A stretch of DNA of 64,000 bases from Eledone cirrhosa (lineage: Eukaryota). Positions within the stretch are counted from its first letter, which is position 1, and every line of letters starts with the position of its first letter. The notes under the pieces were generated by a model that saw only the letters and a program-made list of their open reading frames with translations, ran no database searches and was not told the DNA's origin. The position numbers were made by a program, and so were the translations under genes. The stretch spans positions 102,114,001 through 102,178,000 of the forward strand of contig OZ024746.1 in NCBI GenBank assembly GCA_964016885.1, in the 5' to 3' direction. Positions 1 to 12,180 of the stretch are shown here, one piece after another.

Positions 1-2580
1 AGAAGCAAAACACGTGCTCTAGGAAACGAAGGAGCTAAAGCTGTCAGCTGGGCCCGAGTGGCAGAGGCAAAAAGTGGCAACAAGTCCACTATTCGGTCTT
101 TGAAAGACCAAAACGGACGCGTGCTACTTGACCCCAAGCAAATGTGCTGGGCCTTTCAGCAGCACTTTGCGCGACTGTTTGAGCAGAACGACGGTGAGCC
201 AAACGGGGCAATGGACTTTAGTTCCAACCTCGACGGCCTGCCGCGTCTCTCGAACATGGACGCCGAGTTCTGCGAAAGACCGATCACAGGCACTGAGATA
301 CGGGACGCTTTGGGCCGCTGCGGGAAACGCAAGTCACTCCATCTAGATGGTCTACCCTATGAGTTTTACATAGGCATGCCGGACTTGTTCTCTGGCGTCC
401 TCGAAGCCGTCTACTGCAATTGGCAGCAGAACGGGAGAATTTCCAGTTCTGCAGGCAAGGGCGTAGTAACGCTGATCAGGAAAGACGAGAACAAGGGGGA
501 CGAAATTAACAACTTCAGGCCCATAACTCTGCTCAACACAGAGTTAACGATTTTGGCCAAGGTGCTAGCAACGAGGTTGGTGCTTGTCGAGAACCTGGTA
601 GGGAAAGCGCAAATGTGTGCAATCTCGACCAGGTCCATACACGACAACCTCCACCTCATACGATACATCATAGAGAGAGTGGGTAGTAAACCTGGCTTCG
701 GTGGGGCTCTGATCAATTTGGATCAGTCTAAGGAATTCGATAGGGTCGACCATTGATACTTGGAAGCGAATCTGAAGGCGGCCGGTTTCGGTCCCGTGTT
801 CAGAGGCTGGATCGAGGCGATCCACACCAGCATCTGCTCGAGGGTCAAAGTGAACGGCTACCTGTCGGAGCCGTTCGCAATCATGCGTTCTATTCGACAG
901 GGGTGCCCTCTCTCCTCCATTCTGTATGTATTGACTCTAGAGCTACTACTGCGGAAATTGGAGCTGTTGCAGGGCATCCCTCTAGAACAGGGACTGCACA
1001 AAGCGCCGTTGGCTTATGCCGACGACGTGATGGTAATGGTGTCAAGCACCTTGGAAATCGGGGTGATCGGCAACTTACTGAAAGAATACGTAACGCTGAC
1101 GGGAGCAAAACTAAACCCGCACAAGTCTGTCGGTTTGCAACTCGGTACGTGGAGGGGCAAACCGATGACGTCCGACAGCATCGTTGGATCTGGACGGACG
1201 GACCGGTGAAATTGCTCGGGGTCTGGTTCGGTCCAGACCTCCAAGTGGAGAAAAACTGGAACGAGGTCACGGCCAAGGTGTTTGCACTCACCCAGAAGTG
1301 GGCAGAGTGCAAACTGTCCTTGAAAGGTCGAGCGGAGGTGGCGAACACTTTCATAGCGTCCGTCATCTACTACCGTGCCTTGTCCCCGTGAACACCTAGC
1401 CAAGATGGAACGCATGCTCTTCCAGTTTCTGTGGAAGAAGCAGGCTCTGCTGGTGAGGAGATCCGTCTGCTGTCAGCACCCTTCCAATGGAGGGCTGGGA
1501 ATGCCGTGGCTGATGATGCGCTGAGGCTGCGGCATCTCCAGGTATTCCTCACCGACCCCCTACCGGTGTGGGCACCGTTTGTGAGACAGGCTTTCCCACA
1601 GCTTGTCTCGCTGACGGAGCTGCAGTCCTGGGTCAAGAAAAGACTGAAAACGATGGCCGCCTGGCACATTGAATGCGCTCACAGTCCTCTGGCAAGAGGG
1701 CGCAGCAATCAGTGGAGACACCACTTCGACATTCTATAGAGGGATTGTACGTTATAAGGGTGACAACGTGCTTGGAGAGACTCTGGGCGTCGAAGACGAT
1801 GAGCTCACCAGTCTGTTTGGTAAGACTTTCCGCCCGGGAGCTATGGACAACTTCCAGAGGTCCCTGGCCTGGCAGTGCTACCGAGGAGTTCTACCGGTTC
1901 GTGACAAGATCTACAGGCACGGACGCCCCGGCAGGGATACTTCCAAGAGGACGTGTCCAAGATGCGCGCAGGATATTGAAACAGTCCTGCACACAATTGT
2001 ACACTGCCCGGGCATAACCAACCTGTGGAACTATGCAGAATAACTGCTGTCGCGTATGGAACAAATCCAGTTAACTGCCGAGTCCATAGTAAGGATCAAA
2101 CCGCCAGCCTCTTTCAAAAATGAAAGAGAGGCGGGTTTCCTCTGTACGGTGGCTATGGTGAAAGAAGTTATATGGTGGACGAGATTGAGGACAGATGCCT
2201 TTCTCTCCGGACAACAATTGATTCCCTTCTTTAAGTATCACTTTAGAAGGAGAATCAGAGTGGAGAGAGAGGCACTGCACCCCAGTAAATTTACTGAAAA
2301 GTGGGTGAATGAAGCGAAAATGGCCCAAGTGATTGGGCCTTCTCTGTTTATAAGCCTGTAGGTTGAAGAAGAGGGCAAAAAGAAGAAAGGAGCACTTGCA
2401 CAACACGCTCCTGGAGTTGAGGGTTGTTCTATCGACGGGGTATTAAACAACCCATTTGTGGAGCTTCCCCCCTATTGGGGATTTCGATTGTTGTAATTGT
2501 TTGTTTTTATATATTTACACGACTGTATGTAAAATCTCCGGCATGTCTTTGTAGTGCGCCCTTGTGGCAAATAAAGAAAT
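1..2580 (+). mobile_element. Tx1/L1-clade non-LTR retrotransposon: 3' part of ORF2 (RT + C-terminal Cys/His finger) and 3' UTR, decayed
   Basis: Frameshifted or stop-interrupted ORF pieces 58-756, 760-1209, ~1200-1390, 1669-2043 and 2056-2361. They carry RT motifs NFRPITLLN, LDQSKEFDRVDH, IRQGCPLS, YADD and LLGVWF, plus the L1/Tx1-type finger CPRC..ETVLH..HCP. AATAAA at ~2569 is followed by a TATC/(TA)n run. Confidence 0.92.
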
Positions 2581-2611
2581 ATATCTATCTATATATATAT
2601 ATATATATATA
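2581..2611. repeat. (TATC)/(TA)n microsatellite at the LINE 3' end
   Basis: atatctatctatatatat... seen directly. Confidence 0.9.
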
Positions 2612-3602
2612 CAGTGGTGGACTGGTCTAAAAATATTGGTTGCCAGGAGATAAAGGGGGCCCACCCATATATAGAATGCTATCATTTAATTTTTATAATG
2701 AACTCGCAGATTTACCCAGCGTTTGAAATGCAACAAAGAATAAACAAGAAACAAATAATAATATTAGTGATTTATCTTCAAATGATTCTGTCAATAAAGT
2801 TGGTTATCTCCCTTACATCAATTTTGCTACCGATAATTTTGATATCCGTGGGTCGATTTGAAAATTTTTTGTGATGTGACCATCTTAGCGATCTGTGCAA
2901 CGTGCTCAGAAAATTTGGTCAAATTCGGTTGGTAATTGTAAAATCCTTAGGTATCCAAAGTTGTACACAGACATACACACATCCTCGCTTTTATATACTA
3001 TATAGAAGATAAATAACATTTTAATAAATACATAAGTGAAAACATAACAGTGCAATCAAATTTTTGCAGAAAAAAATGCCTATTTTTTTTACTAACTATA
3101 GTGTATATATACTGTACATATTACTGGCAGTATACAGAAATACTAAATGTTAATACAATGTTATGATTGAATTTTTAAATCACTGTGAATGTATAGCATA
3201 CTGTTATTTAGAGTAGAGTATGCAAGTGACCAATCTTACCTTCTCCAATAAAAAATATACACATCCAGAGACTTTCAATAATGATCTTTGGTCTTTCACA
3301 CTCACTCAATATAAATATATCTGGGAGTGTGTATATGTGTGTGCATATACATGTATATTTACACCTTTTAAACTTGTACAAAATTTATTTGGGGACTCAT
3401 TCTCCCTAGGGACTTTAGACTGACAACTCTGTTATCACTATCATATATTTTGGTTTCTATTAATTCCCTAGGGAATTATTTGACCAAATGCTTTGCTTAT
3501 TTGTTTATTTATTTTTTGAAAGCAAAGCATTGGCCTCTGCAATGCTACCGTGGGGCCCCTGGGTTCCACCTGCCATTGGGCAACCTGGCCAGTCCGCCAC
3601 TG
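2612..3602. mobile_element. Non-autonomous DNA transposon/MITE, probably hAT-like
   Basis: Terminal inverted repeats CAGTGGTGGACTGG (2612) and CCAGTCCGCCACTG (ending 3602) match at 13/14. Subterminal GGGGCCC motifs occur at both ends. Flanks are tatatata / tatatatg, a possible 8-bp TSD inside a TA run. Confidence 0.65.
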
Positions 3603-4215
3603 TATATATGTATACATACATACACATATCCTCATAAATATATATATTCATATATACATGTCCCTCACCCCCACCTAATACTAACACTGTTTGTACTACA
3701 CTCTTCGTTATTGTTTTTATTTTTAACTTCTATATTCATATATATATATATATATAGTGTATTTGTGAATGAATAATAATAATATTATCATAATATCCTA
3801 ACATTATTAATATTCAGTTTTACAAGTAAACAGCCTCATAAAACACCACATTGTAGATGACAACATCACCCCTTTCTTCCATCAGTAGCTGAGAGAAAAC
3901 AATTGACAATTGTTTAGGACTGTCTTGCTCCTTGTCAAGATTGTGTACTCTCTCATCTCTGCTACCCACTGGAACTTCTGAGAATACATAATATTCTCAA
4001 ATGTATACGTTGGCTGATTAGCCTCATTTGCATACTAAGCAATATTACAGCCGGCTTTGCTGAAAATTATAAAACAAAATTTGTTTTCGTTCTTACCTAA
4101 ATGTATTCGAGAGTGAATAATAATAATATTATTAATATTTGGTCTGTTTGCAACAGCTTCATAAAACAATTGAAATATCTTAAAAGATTTAGTATTATTT
4201 TGAATTGTTTTTCAG

Positions 4216-4281
4216 TTGGAATGATACTTATAAACAAGAATTCATGAACTTTGAGGATAATGGCGAAATTGGAGAAATTTG
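4216..4281 (+). CDS. EEF1AKMT2: EEF1A lysine methyltransferase 2 (METTL10), internal coding exon
   Basis: ttcag|T TGG AAT...ATT TG|gtaag. Encodes WNDTYKQEFMNFEDNGEIGEIW, matching the METTL10 N-terminal W..Y..E...F...G..GEIW motif. Phase 2 joins the next exon. Confidence 0.9.
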
Positions 4282-4448
4282 GTAAGGAAATCATTTCTCC
4301 GCTTTTTGTATTTTTTTTTTTTTAATATGATTTTTTTCTTCCTTGCTTAACATCTCCCCTCATGGTTAGGAATATTGAATCTGGTTTGGGTTTTGTTCAT
4401 TTCAGCAAAGAAATCTAACAAAATACTTAACTTTTTTTTTTCTTTTTC

Positions 4449-4640
4449 TAAAAGCTCAGTCCCGGAGCTTCCCTCATTGGAGAAAGGGAAGACGCTATCC
4501 TCAGACTTGAGACTTGGCTCACATGTTGGCAACAGAGTGGACTAAAAGCTCAGTCTCAGGGCTTCCCTCACTGGTTGGAGGAAGGGAAGAAGCTATCCTC
4601 AGACTTGAGACTTGGCTCAAATGTTGGCAACAGAGTGGAC
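4449..4640. repeat. Two-copy tandem duplication (~94-98 bp unit)
   Basis: taaaagctcagtc...ggcaacagagtggac starts at both 4449 and 4543. Confidence 0.85.
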
Positions 4641-5289
4641 TCGGTTAGAAGCATCCAAAGATCGGTGGGGTGTTAAATCAGACAAAATTTTAAATTCATC
4701 ATCATCAGCATTGCTTACTGTCAGCTTTCCCTGCTAACAAGAGTTGGAGAGGTCACCAGCAGACCACTTTGGTACTCAAAGCAGAGGTACTGATCTCATG
4801 GTGGGCAGGGAGTCTGTACCTTACTAGGTGCTCAGAGGGGCCAGCAGCCCTTCACTCACATATGATCCCGTGCACAACCAAATGCTCCAATGAAACAAAA
4901 CCACACATTTTTAAAGGCTCCTATTTAAATTAAAATCTTCTAAAGGATTTAACATAAACCTCTTATGCTCAAATATATATCACTGCAGGTTTATATTGAT
5001 TTCAATATATATATATGACTTGCTGTGAAAAGTTAAACAATAACTAATATAGAGTGTATAAGAAATATGGTGATGAAAGGGTTAATAGAGGTGGCCAAGG
5101 CTAGCTGGATGATATAAGTAGATGTTATATTATTGATGTCATCCACAGAAATATCTAATCTCTTTCAACAGATAAAAATATAAAATATAAAGCAGAGTTC
5201 AGTAAAACCAGTTAGTTGTGATATTGTCTACTTGTTCAAATTTGACAACTTTATAAAAAAAAAATATCACGGCCCATAATGCTATATAT

Positions 5290-6265
5290 ATACGCGAGGA
5301 CCAGAGGTGTGAGATGTTCAGGTTTGCGAGGCAATGTGTCACGGAAAATTGTGATATTGTTGGGGAGAAGTGTGTCCGTAATGATGATGGTATATTTGCC
5401 CTCACTGATACTAAGAAGGTAGCTTGGACGTGTCAATACGAGAGACTACTAAATGAAGAGAATGAATGGGATTTAGATAGTTTGCCCCAAGTTGATCCAA
5501 CAGAAGGACCAGCTGTGCAAGTTAATGGTATTATAGTAAGTAAGGCAATCAAAGATATGAAGACAGGCAAGGCAGCTGGGCCTTTGGGGATAGTTGCTGA
5601 GATGTTGAAAGCATCTGGAATGGTGGGACATACTATGGTCTCCTGGATAGTAAACCAATACAGAATGGGGACATACCAAATGACTGGAATAGCAACATCA
5701 CTTAACTGCTACAAGGACAAAGGAGACGCCCTGGATAGAGGAAACTATAAAGGCATCAGGTTAGTTGACCAGGTCATGAAGGTCACAGAAAGAGTTATTA
5801 CTCAACTGATTAGAGACCAAATTGATCTAGATGAAATGCAGTTTGGGTTTGTGCCAGGTAAAAGCACCATGGATGCTCTCTTCCTCGTAAGGCAACTACA
5901 GAAGTACCTAGCTAAAAGTAAACTCCTCTACTTAGCTTTTTTTGACTTGGAAAAAGCCTTTGACAGAGTCCCCCGCTCCATTATCTGGTGGGCCCTTAGA
6001 AAACTACGAGTAGATGAATGGCTTGTGAGAGCTATACAAGCTATGTATAGAGGAACAGTCAGCAAGGTTGTGTGCAGAGGACCTGCGCAGATTGGAAAGA
6101 AACGAAGCATGCATGCTCCGTTGGATGTGTAATAGTAATATACACGAACGGCAAAGCGAGAAATTAGGCATAAGAGGGATCAGATGCAGTTTACTAGAGG
6201 GGAGATGCGTTGGCATGGTCATGTGATGCATATGAAGGACGACAGCTGTTTAAAAAAGTGCTTGA
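5290..6265 (+). mobile_element. RTE-clade LINE fragment (RT, internally deleted)
   Basis: ORF 5314-6132 has MKTGKAAGPLGI, NYKGIRL, QFGFVPGKSTMDA and FFDLEKAFDRVPR. Near 6070 it jumps to the C-terminal MLRWMC / WHGHVM region, so the YADD segment is deleted. Confidence 0.88.
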
Positions 6266-6525
6266 CTGCTTGTAAAATAATCTCAGGGAGATTCAGTGTG
6301 ACAAAGCTGACCCTTGTATTACTGGTACAACTCACGTTTACCATCTGACTGGACAAGAGCAATGTGAAAATTAAATGCCTTGCTCAAGGCCACAATGAGA
6401 GTCAATATAATCAGCTACACCCTACTTCAAAATTTCTGTTCTTGTGTTAGAAACCATTATTGATGACAGAGTTGTGAATGTCACAATTTCTCATGTCTCT
6501 TTTACTATAAATTCAGTCTTGTTAA

Positions 6526-6779
6526 CTCTTAATCACATTAGCAAGACATTCTTTAAAAGCACAAAACAGTATGATTGCATCACATTAAATGTTTAAGGTT
6601 TTACTTTAATTTACTGTAAATATTCACATTGATCTGTTCACTAGTGAAGATACTATAAATATCAACAAATTTGATTTTAGATATTTTTGGCTAAATCATT
6701 CCAGAATGCTGGGAATTAAACTCAGTTTCAGAAAACTTATAGAAGTGGAAACAAAATCTGTTTTCTTACCACTAAAGGG
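6526..6779. mobile_element. Putative piggyBac-like MITE (TTAA-flanked), degenerate
   Basis: TTAA|CTCTT at 6522 and AAAGGG|TTAA at 6780. The internal sequence recurs at ~9170-9330. Confidence 0.45.
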
Positions 6780-7151
6780 TTAAAGACAAGAAATTCATTA
6801 TCATCATCATCACAAACATCCATTTCTGTTCTGATGTTTTTTCTTTTCATAAATTTAAAAAGATTTGTCTTTTGGGTTTTCTTAACATTCTCTAATAATT
6901 TAGACATATCTAAAAATGTTTTTTTTAATTCAAAGGTTTATATCTTTACTAGTAGATAGATTGTTGTGGAAATTGGCAACATTAGAGTAAAGACTTCAAT
7001 TTTTAATGTGATGCAGTTTTGTTCTTTTCAAGAATTTCTTGTTAATGTGGTTTCATGTGGTACAGGATGTTAAGAGTTAATTAGTTTATACTTGTGTGAT
7101 TAAATGTTACTCATGGTTGTTAAAACATTCTGCTTTTAAATCTGTTTGAAG

Positions 7152-7269
7152 GTTTGGACAAACGTGCCAGAAAAATATCATTAAGTGGATAAAAAACTGT
7201 AAAGAAATAAAACAGACTGATGCTGTTATTGATTTAGGTACTGGAAATGGTTCCTTTCTGATAAATTTG
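7152..7269 (+). CDS. EEF1AKMT2: EEF1AKMT2 coding exon with SAM-binding motif I
   Basis: gaag|G TTT GGA...TTG|gtgag. Encodes FGQTCQKNIIKWIKNCKEIKQTDAVIDLGTGNGSFLINL (DLGTGNG is class I methyltransferase motif I). Confidence 0.95.
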
Positions 7270-7436
7270 GTGAGAAAAGTTTAAAATACTCTTTCAATCA
7301 TATTTTCAAGGTGAAGTTCTTTAGTTTATTTAAAGTACAGTATTTCTATAATTTTTTGTCTTCAGTAATATTTGACTAACTTCTCTTCTTACAAAAGAAA
7401 CTCAATCTATGGAAACTATTTTTTCACCTTCTTATA

Positions 7437-7600
7437 TCATCATCATCATTTAACGTCCATTTCCACAGTTGCATGGGTTGTCAAGTCTGGTGATCACATC
7501 CTGCTCATATAGATCTGTATTTTGGCTTGTTTCTATGGCTGGAGGTCCTTCCTAACATCAACCACATTACAGTGTGGACTGGGTATTTTTTGTTGTGTTA
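7437..7600 (-). mobile_element. RTE-type 3' tail / SINE fragment ending in (GAT)n
   Basis: catcatcatttaacgtcc...gcatgggttg...ccttcctaacatcaaccac is homologous to the RTE 3' end at 14061-14250 and to 26300-26460. Confidence 0.65.
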
Positions 7601-7610
7601 CTATGAAATA

Positions 7611-8363
7611 CGGGGTCTGTTGATATCTAACAGACTGGGAGAAAATATATTATATACTTGGTTAGGTTTCAATTGCTAATCTCCCTCAAAATAGGAGCCT
7701 TGTTCAATATTGAAACACTTCCCAAATGGCTCTCAGCTTCGGTGTCACAATCACACGATGTCCTCTTAGCTCACCGAGTGGCATCTTCATTTTGGGGAAC
7801 AACTAGGAACCATGTTTGGAGAGTAGGGAGCCGGGGTGTTGTCTTGGTATAGTTGTGATGAGCCGGGGGTGTTGTCTTGATATCGTCACTAGTTTTACAA
7901 TGTCTGCTGTTCTCTCTCTTCTACTGAACTGCATCACAGGTGTTCCTCAGAGTATTTCTTTGTAACTGTTTATCCTGGTGTGTATTCTTGATGTACAATG
8001 CCATGGTTTAGTTTTGACAATAAAAGCACCTTAATTTTACTTTGCACCTGATGTGCTCTTTTTTGGGACTTGCTGATATATGCTTCCACTGTGATGACTG
8101 GGCTTTGATTTCCAAGTTGTAGCCATGCCTCATCACCAGTTATCACAGTATTGAAGGACTCAGGATCTTTGTTGGCAATATCTAATGATATAAGTAATGC
8201 AGCACCTCCCACACTGGCTGCCTGACAACAACTGACACATCCAGTGAGCTTGCCAAAAACTATGCATTGGCATGAATGTATGTGGTTCCACTTTGTGCAC
8301 TTTTGACTCCCAAATATTATTCTCTTCAGAAAACAAAGTCAGATACTTTTTCAACAGACCTTA
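7611..8363 (-). mobile_element. Tc1/mariner DNA transposon relic (internally deleted)
   Basis: TA-flanked inverted ends TA|CGGGGTCTGTTGA ... TCAACAGACCTTA|TA. The minus-strand peptide contains NTVITGDEAW (first catalytic Asp motif) and SKIKVLL...GIVHQEYTPG. Confidence 0.8.
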
Positions 8364-9027
8364 TACATAAGGGTTGGCTGACCAAAGGAGGTTTATTTTT
8401 CAACATAGTCCCTAGAAAGAAACAGTTATTAAGAGTTGAGATTAATGCATGCAAGATTTCACAGCTCTAGCATCACTCCTTCATAGTCAGATTATGAACC
8501 TTGTATATATTAAGTTTCCAGATTCTAGAAACCCTGCTTCATTTTTAATATCAACCCAGCTATAATAAACCTAAGATTAAGCACATTTCTCTAAAAATAT
8601 CCTAAGCTCTAGTGATATCTTCTTTATGTAGCTTCTGTAAAATCTACATTTTCTTCTCTATTTTCCACTAACCAGCTAGATAGGTAGGTTTCTTATGGTG
8701 TACCCTATTTCTTACTAGCTAGTCAGAGTACACCATCCAATTTATATATAATGAAACAAAAAACCTCCCATTCATTCATTTTTGTCTTCTGGATTGAATT
8801 TAAAATCATCTTGATCCTTTTTGGCATGGTTTCTACAGTGTATTTCCTATCACCAACCACCTCTTATGGTATATTGAGTGCATTCTTCATAGCACCAGCA
8901 CTAGAGATGTTGTCAAAAACAAACTTCTCCAGATTGTAAAAATAAAATGAATCATATCACACACTGAGAACTGATAACTTGTGATTTACCAATATAAGGG
9001 ACACTTAATCATTTACTCTATTTACAG

Positions 9028-9135
9028 GCTGAAGAAAGTTTTACATGTCTCACTGGTTTGGACTATTCTGAAAATGCTGTAAATTTTGCCAAAGCTATTG
9101 CTAAAACTAAAAATATTAACCATATTACTTTTGAG
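9028..9135 (+). CDS. EEF1AKMT2: EEF1AKMT2 coding exon (post-motif I, G.DYS)
   Basis: tttacag|GCT...GAG|gtaag. Encodes AEESFTCLTGLDYSENAVNFAKAIAKTKNINHITFE, in phase with both neighbouring exons. Confidence 0.95.
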
Positions 9136-9740
9136 GTAAGAATATTTCAACTAAACTTTCCTCTCCTAAACCACATTAGCAAGACATTCTTGAAAAGAAA
9201 ACATTACTATGACTGCATTACAGAGATTTTACTTTACTGCAAATATAACAATATGTCTACTAGTAAAGATAATATATTTGAAGTAAAAAGCCAGTTTTTA
9301 CATATTTTCTGCTAAATCATTACAGGATGTGTTAATAAGAGATAGCAGAATCATAACTTAATGTTTGTTTGGGACTATAAAAATTGTTGGATATTTTGAG
9401 AACAAAGCCTCGGCTGCAACCATTCAAAGGAACCTCAATGTACTAGAAATAGCAGCCAAAACATTCTGAAATCATGTCATCTTAAAGGAAGAAGACATTA
9501 GATAATGTAGTTCTACGTACATACTCCTAAAAATAGGGACTCAAACCATGACATACTCCCCTAAAAATATAAGAGGTCAGAGTTAACTCACTCCTGATGA
9601 AGGACTAATATCCGATATGTTGAACATCTTTTCTCTCATCCTAATAACACTCATTGTTTTTGTCAATTTTATTTTTCCTTCATATCCGAACACACGTGTG
9701 TGCCTGTGAGTACATAGATGAGTAGGTACACATGTACAGA

Positions 9741-9761
9741 ATATGGTACAATAGAGATAGC
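9741..9761. repeat. Single unit of the 20/22-bp minisatellite
   Basis: atatggtacaatagagatagc directly abuts the truncated end of the minus-strand LINE. Confidence 0.8.
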
Positions 9762-12180
9762 CGCCCTGCCCGAACAGCTGAGCAAAGTGCCGATGAAAGG
9801 CCGCACACATCTGCTTCGGCTCACGTGTCCGTCTTAGTCCTTCAAAGACCGAATCGTGAACTTGTTCCCACTTTTTGCCTCCGTCACTCGGGCCCAGCTA
9901 ACAGCTTTGGCTCCCTCGTTTCCCAGAGCACGTATTTTGCTTCTGACAACGCAGCCCTGGTGCTTTGGGTCGAAGAACTGGTCCAAGGCCGTTCTCGTTG
10001 CTAGCACGCTGGCTACGTTGCCACTTCTACTTTATCTACCAGTTCCTTCTCGGTCCTATTTCTATCTAACGCTAATTCTTTACTAAAAACTAACGAGTCT
10101 AATCTAACTGCCCTCTTGAGAGTACCACCATCTGTTGTTGACAATGGCCCCTGTCAAGTGCTGTTTAACTAAAGTGTTAATCTGTCTACTGTAGGCTTTG
10201 CATGTTGGTAACAACAAGTTCAGCTTCCAGTAGCCGGGTCCTTGTCTATGGGTTCTATCAAGGTTGACCATGAAGGTCACTAGTTTGTGATCTGAATAGG
10301 CAACCATGAACATTTGTGGACAGCTTAACATGTCCCTATCGTTATTTCTAACTAGAACCCTATCTAGGTACGATCTAGATGTTCCGCTGCGATTAGTCCA
10401 CGTCCATAGTGGCGCAGTCGGAAAATCTAGTCAATATCTATCGGCCAGGTCAAATCGGCCGATTAACTGTTTGAGGCTGTTACACCTCCTTTATCGGGAC
10501 ATGCTCCCACATAGTCCCAACGTGCATCTAGGATTCCATTCCACTCCCTCACTAAAAGCAAGGAGCAGGACGTTTGAAACTTTTTAAAAGGACGTGGTTA
10601 ATGGGTTTAACACAAGGATTACCCACGTCCTTAGGAAAGTTTTCCTTTAAAGACTTATAGGTGTCCGTAGGGACCCTAATCATCTTTAAATTAGGTTTGT
10701 CTACACAGTTCGAAAAAGTTTTCCCTTCGCTTTTCACCGAAGGGTCATTGGAGATGACCTCCATTAAAGTTTTGTTTTTACTGTTTATGTATGTGTAATG
10801 TTCTTGTTGTGTTGCAGTGGTTTTTGTCTGTTGTTCTTGTGGGAGCTTTTGTTTTGTTGTAGGTGTTTGTTTGGAGTGATGTCGTGGCAGGGGGTTTTTG
10901 TTTGTAATGTTTGTGTTGGTGGTTGTATGTTTGTAGTGATGTTTGTTGTTTTGTTCTTGTGGTGTCTTTTCTTCTTTCTTTTCGAACGGAGAGGCTCTCC
11001 CTCATCGTCACTTGGTGAAGATGAAGGGGCCTCGTCCGTTGTGGTGTCTGTGTTATTTGGAAGGGGTATGTTTTGGGGAGCTGTTGTGTTTGTGGGTGTT
11101 TTTAGGTGGAGTGGGGTTGGGTGGGACTGTGCTTGCAGGTTGGTTTGTTGTTCTTGTTTTGGTTATGTTTGCGTGTTGTTGTTTTGGGTGTTGATAGTAG
11201 TGCCTCTTTTTTTTTTGTAGTTAACCGAGGACAGTAAGCCCTCAGGTGACCACTGCTTAAACAGCGGTAACATGAAGGCCGTCTACCCTCAACAGAAATG
11301 TTTATGTGTGAAATCCCATCCAGAGGCACACGTTGGGGGTATTTTAGCTATCCGTTCTGGCCTCATTTGGACCAGAACTTCCATGCTTGTACCATTGAAT
11401 GTGCCTCTGGAGGACTTTCCCACCGAAATGATGGTGTCTTCATCAAAATCGATGAAGCTAGTTAGAATCCACCAGACGTTTACATTTGGTGCAATGTTCG
11501 AAATCTTTTGTGTCCCTTTTCCCATATATGTGGAGAAAAAGGTGTAAAGGAGGGACACAATCGGCGACACAGAATATTTTTGTGTCGTCAATTGGTCTTT
11601 CAACAACACCGAAATGCTTCCAAAAAGTTTACCTTTTTGGATGAAGGCAATATCCTTCATGGAATTCTTCAGAACCAGTTCAATGTCGTTTTGGGATAAT
11701 TGAACTGGTTTTTTCGACACATTTGAAACTGTCTTAAAAATTACTGTTTTTAGAACAGTTTCTCTACGTAACTTGAGAAGTGATGCTGAAAGCACCACTC
11801 TCACCAAAAGTTACATACTGTTTTGCATCACTTAACATTTCCCTAGCATTGGAAATGTCAAGGTATGTGAACAGTTCCGTCTTTTGGACGGTTTCAGCAA
11901 AGGAAATCTTTTCCTTGCTCGTGTTGCTGTTGTTGTTGGTGGTATTGTTGCTGTTGTTGTCATTATTGTTGTTGTTGTTCTGGTTGGTGTTCTTTATATT
12001 TTTCATGTTACAATCAACGCCCGACATCGTGTTTTCAAAACTGACGACATTTTCGACGTCTTTCAATGAGGTGGTGAGAGGAGATGAGTGCGAGCTTAAC
12101 ACTCTTACCGCCTCTCCACCACTTCTAGTACTGAACGCAACGTCCATGACTGAATGCAACATTTGTTTACAATTTTTTTC
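9762..12180 (-). mobile_element. Tx1/L1-clade LINE 5' half: 5' UTR, ORF1 (CCHC knuckle), APE endonuclease, start of the RT linker; decayed
   Basis: ORF1 pieces 12027 to ~11200 contain ISFAETVQK and CYRCLSSGHLRAYCP. Endonuclease C-terminal motifs YSDHKLV and GPGYWKLN lie in 10104-10331. 9770-9945 is a reverse-complement homolog of window 1-190. Confidence 0.88.

Noticed and set aside
58-2361. Active reverse transcriptase gene
   Set aside because: Multiple in-frame stops (754, 2041) and frameshifts (~1200, ~1380, ~1670) make it a decayed copy.
2850-3010. Possible Helentron/HINE-like end nested in the MITE
   Set aside because: The resemblance is only by recall (acagacatacac...cgcttttatata..tagaagat); no diagnostic subterminal repeats were confirmed.
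2614-4215. EEF1AKMT2 first coding exon
   Set aside because: No ATG-bearing exon with the expected S.LGT..(Y/H) motif and a phase-2 donor was found, so it is presumed to lie upstream of the window.
10778-11220. Thr/Gln/Lys-rich and Val/Cys-rich ORFs as independent genes
   Set aside because: They are the low-complexity C-terminal region of the LINE ORF1 and its antisense reading.
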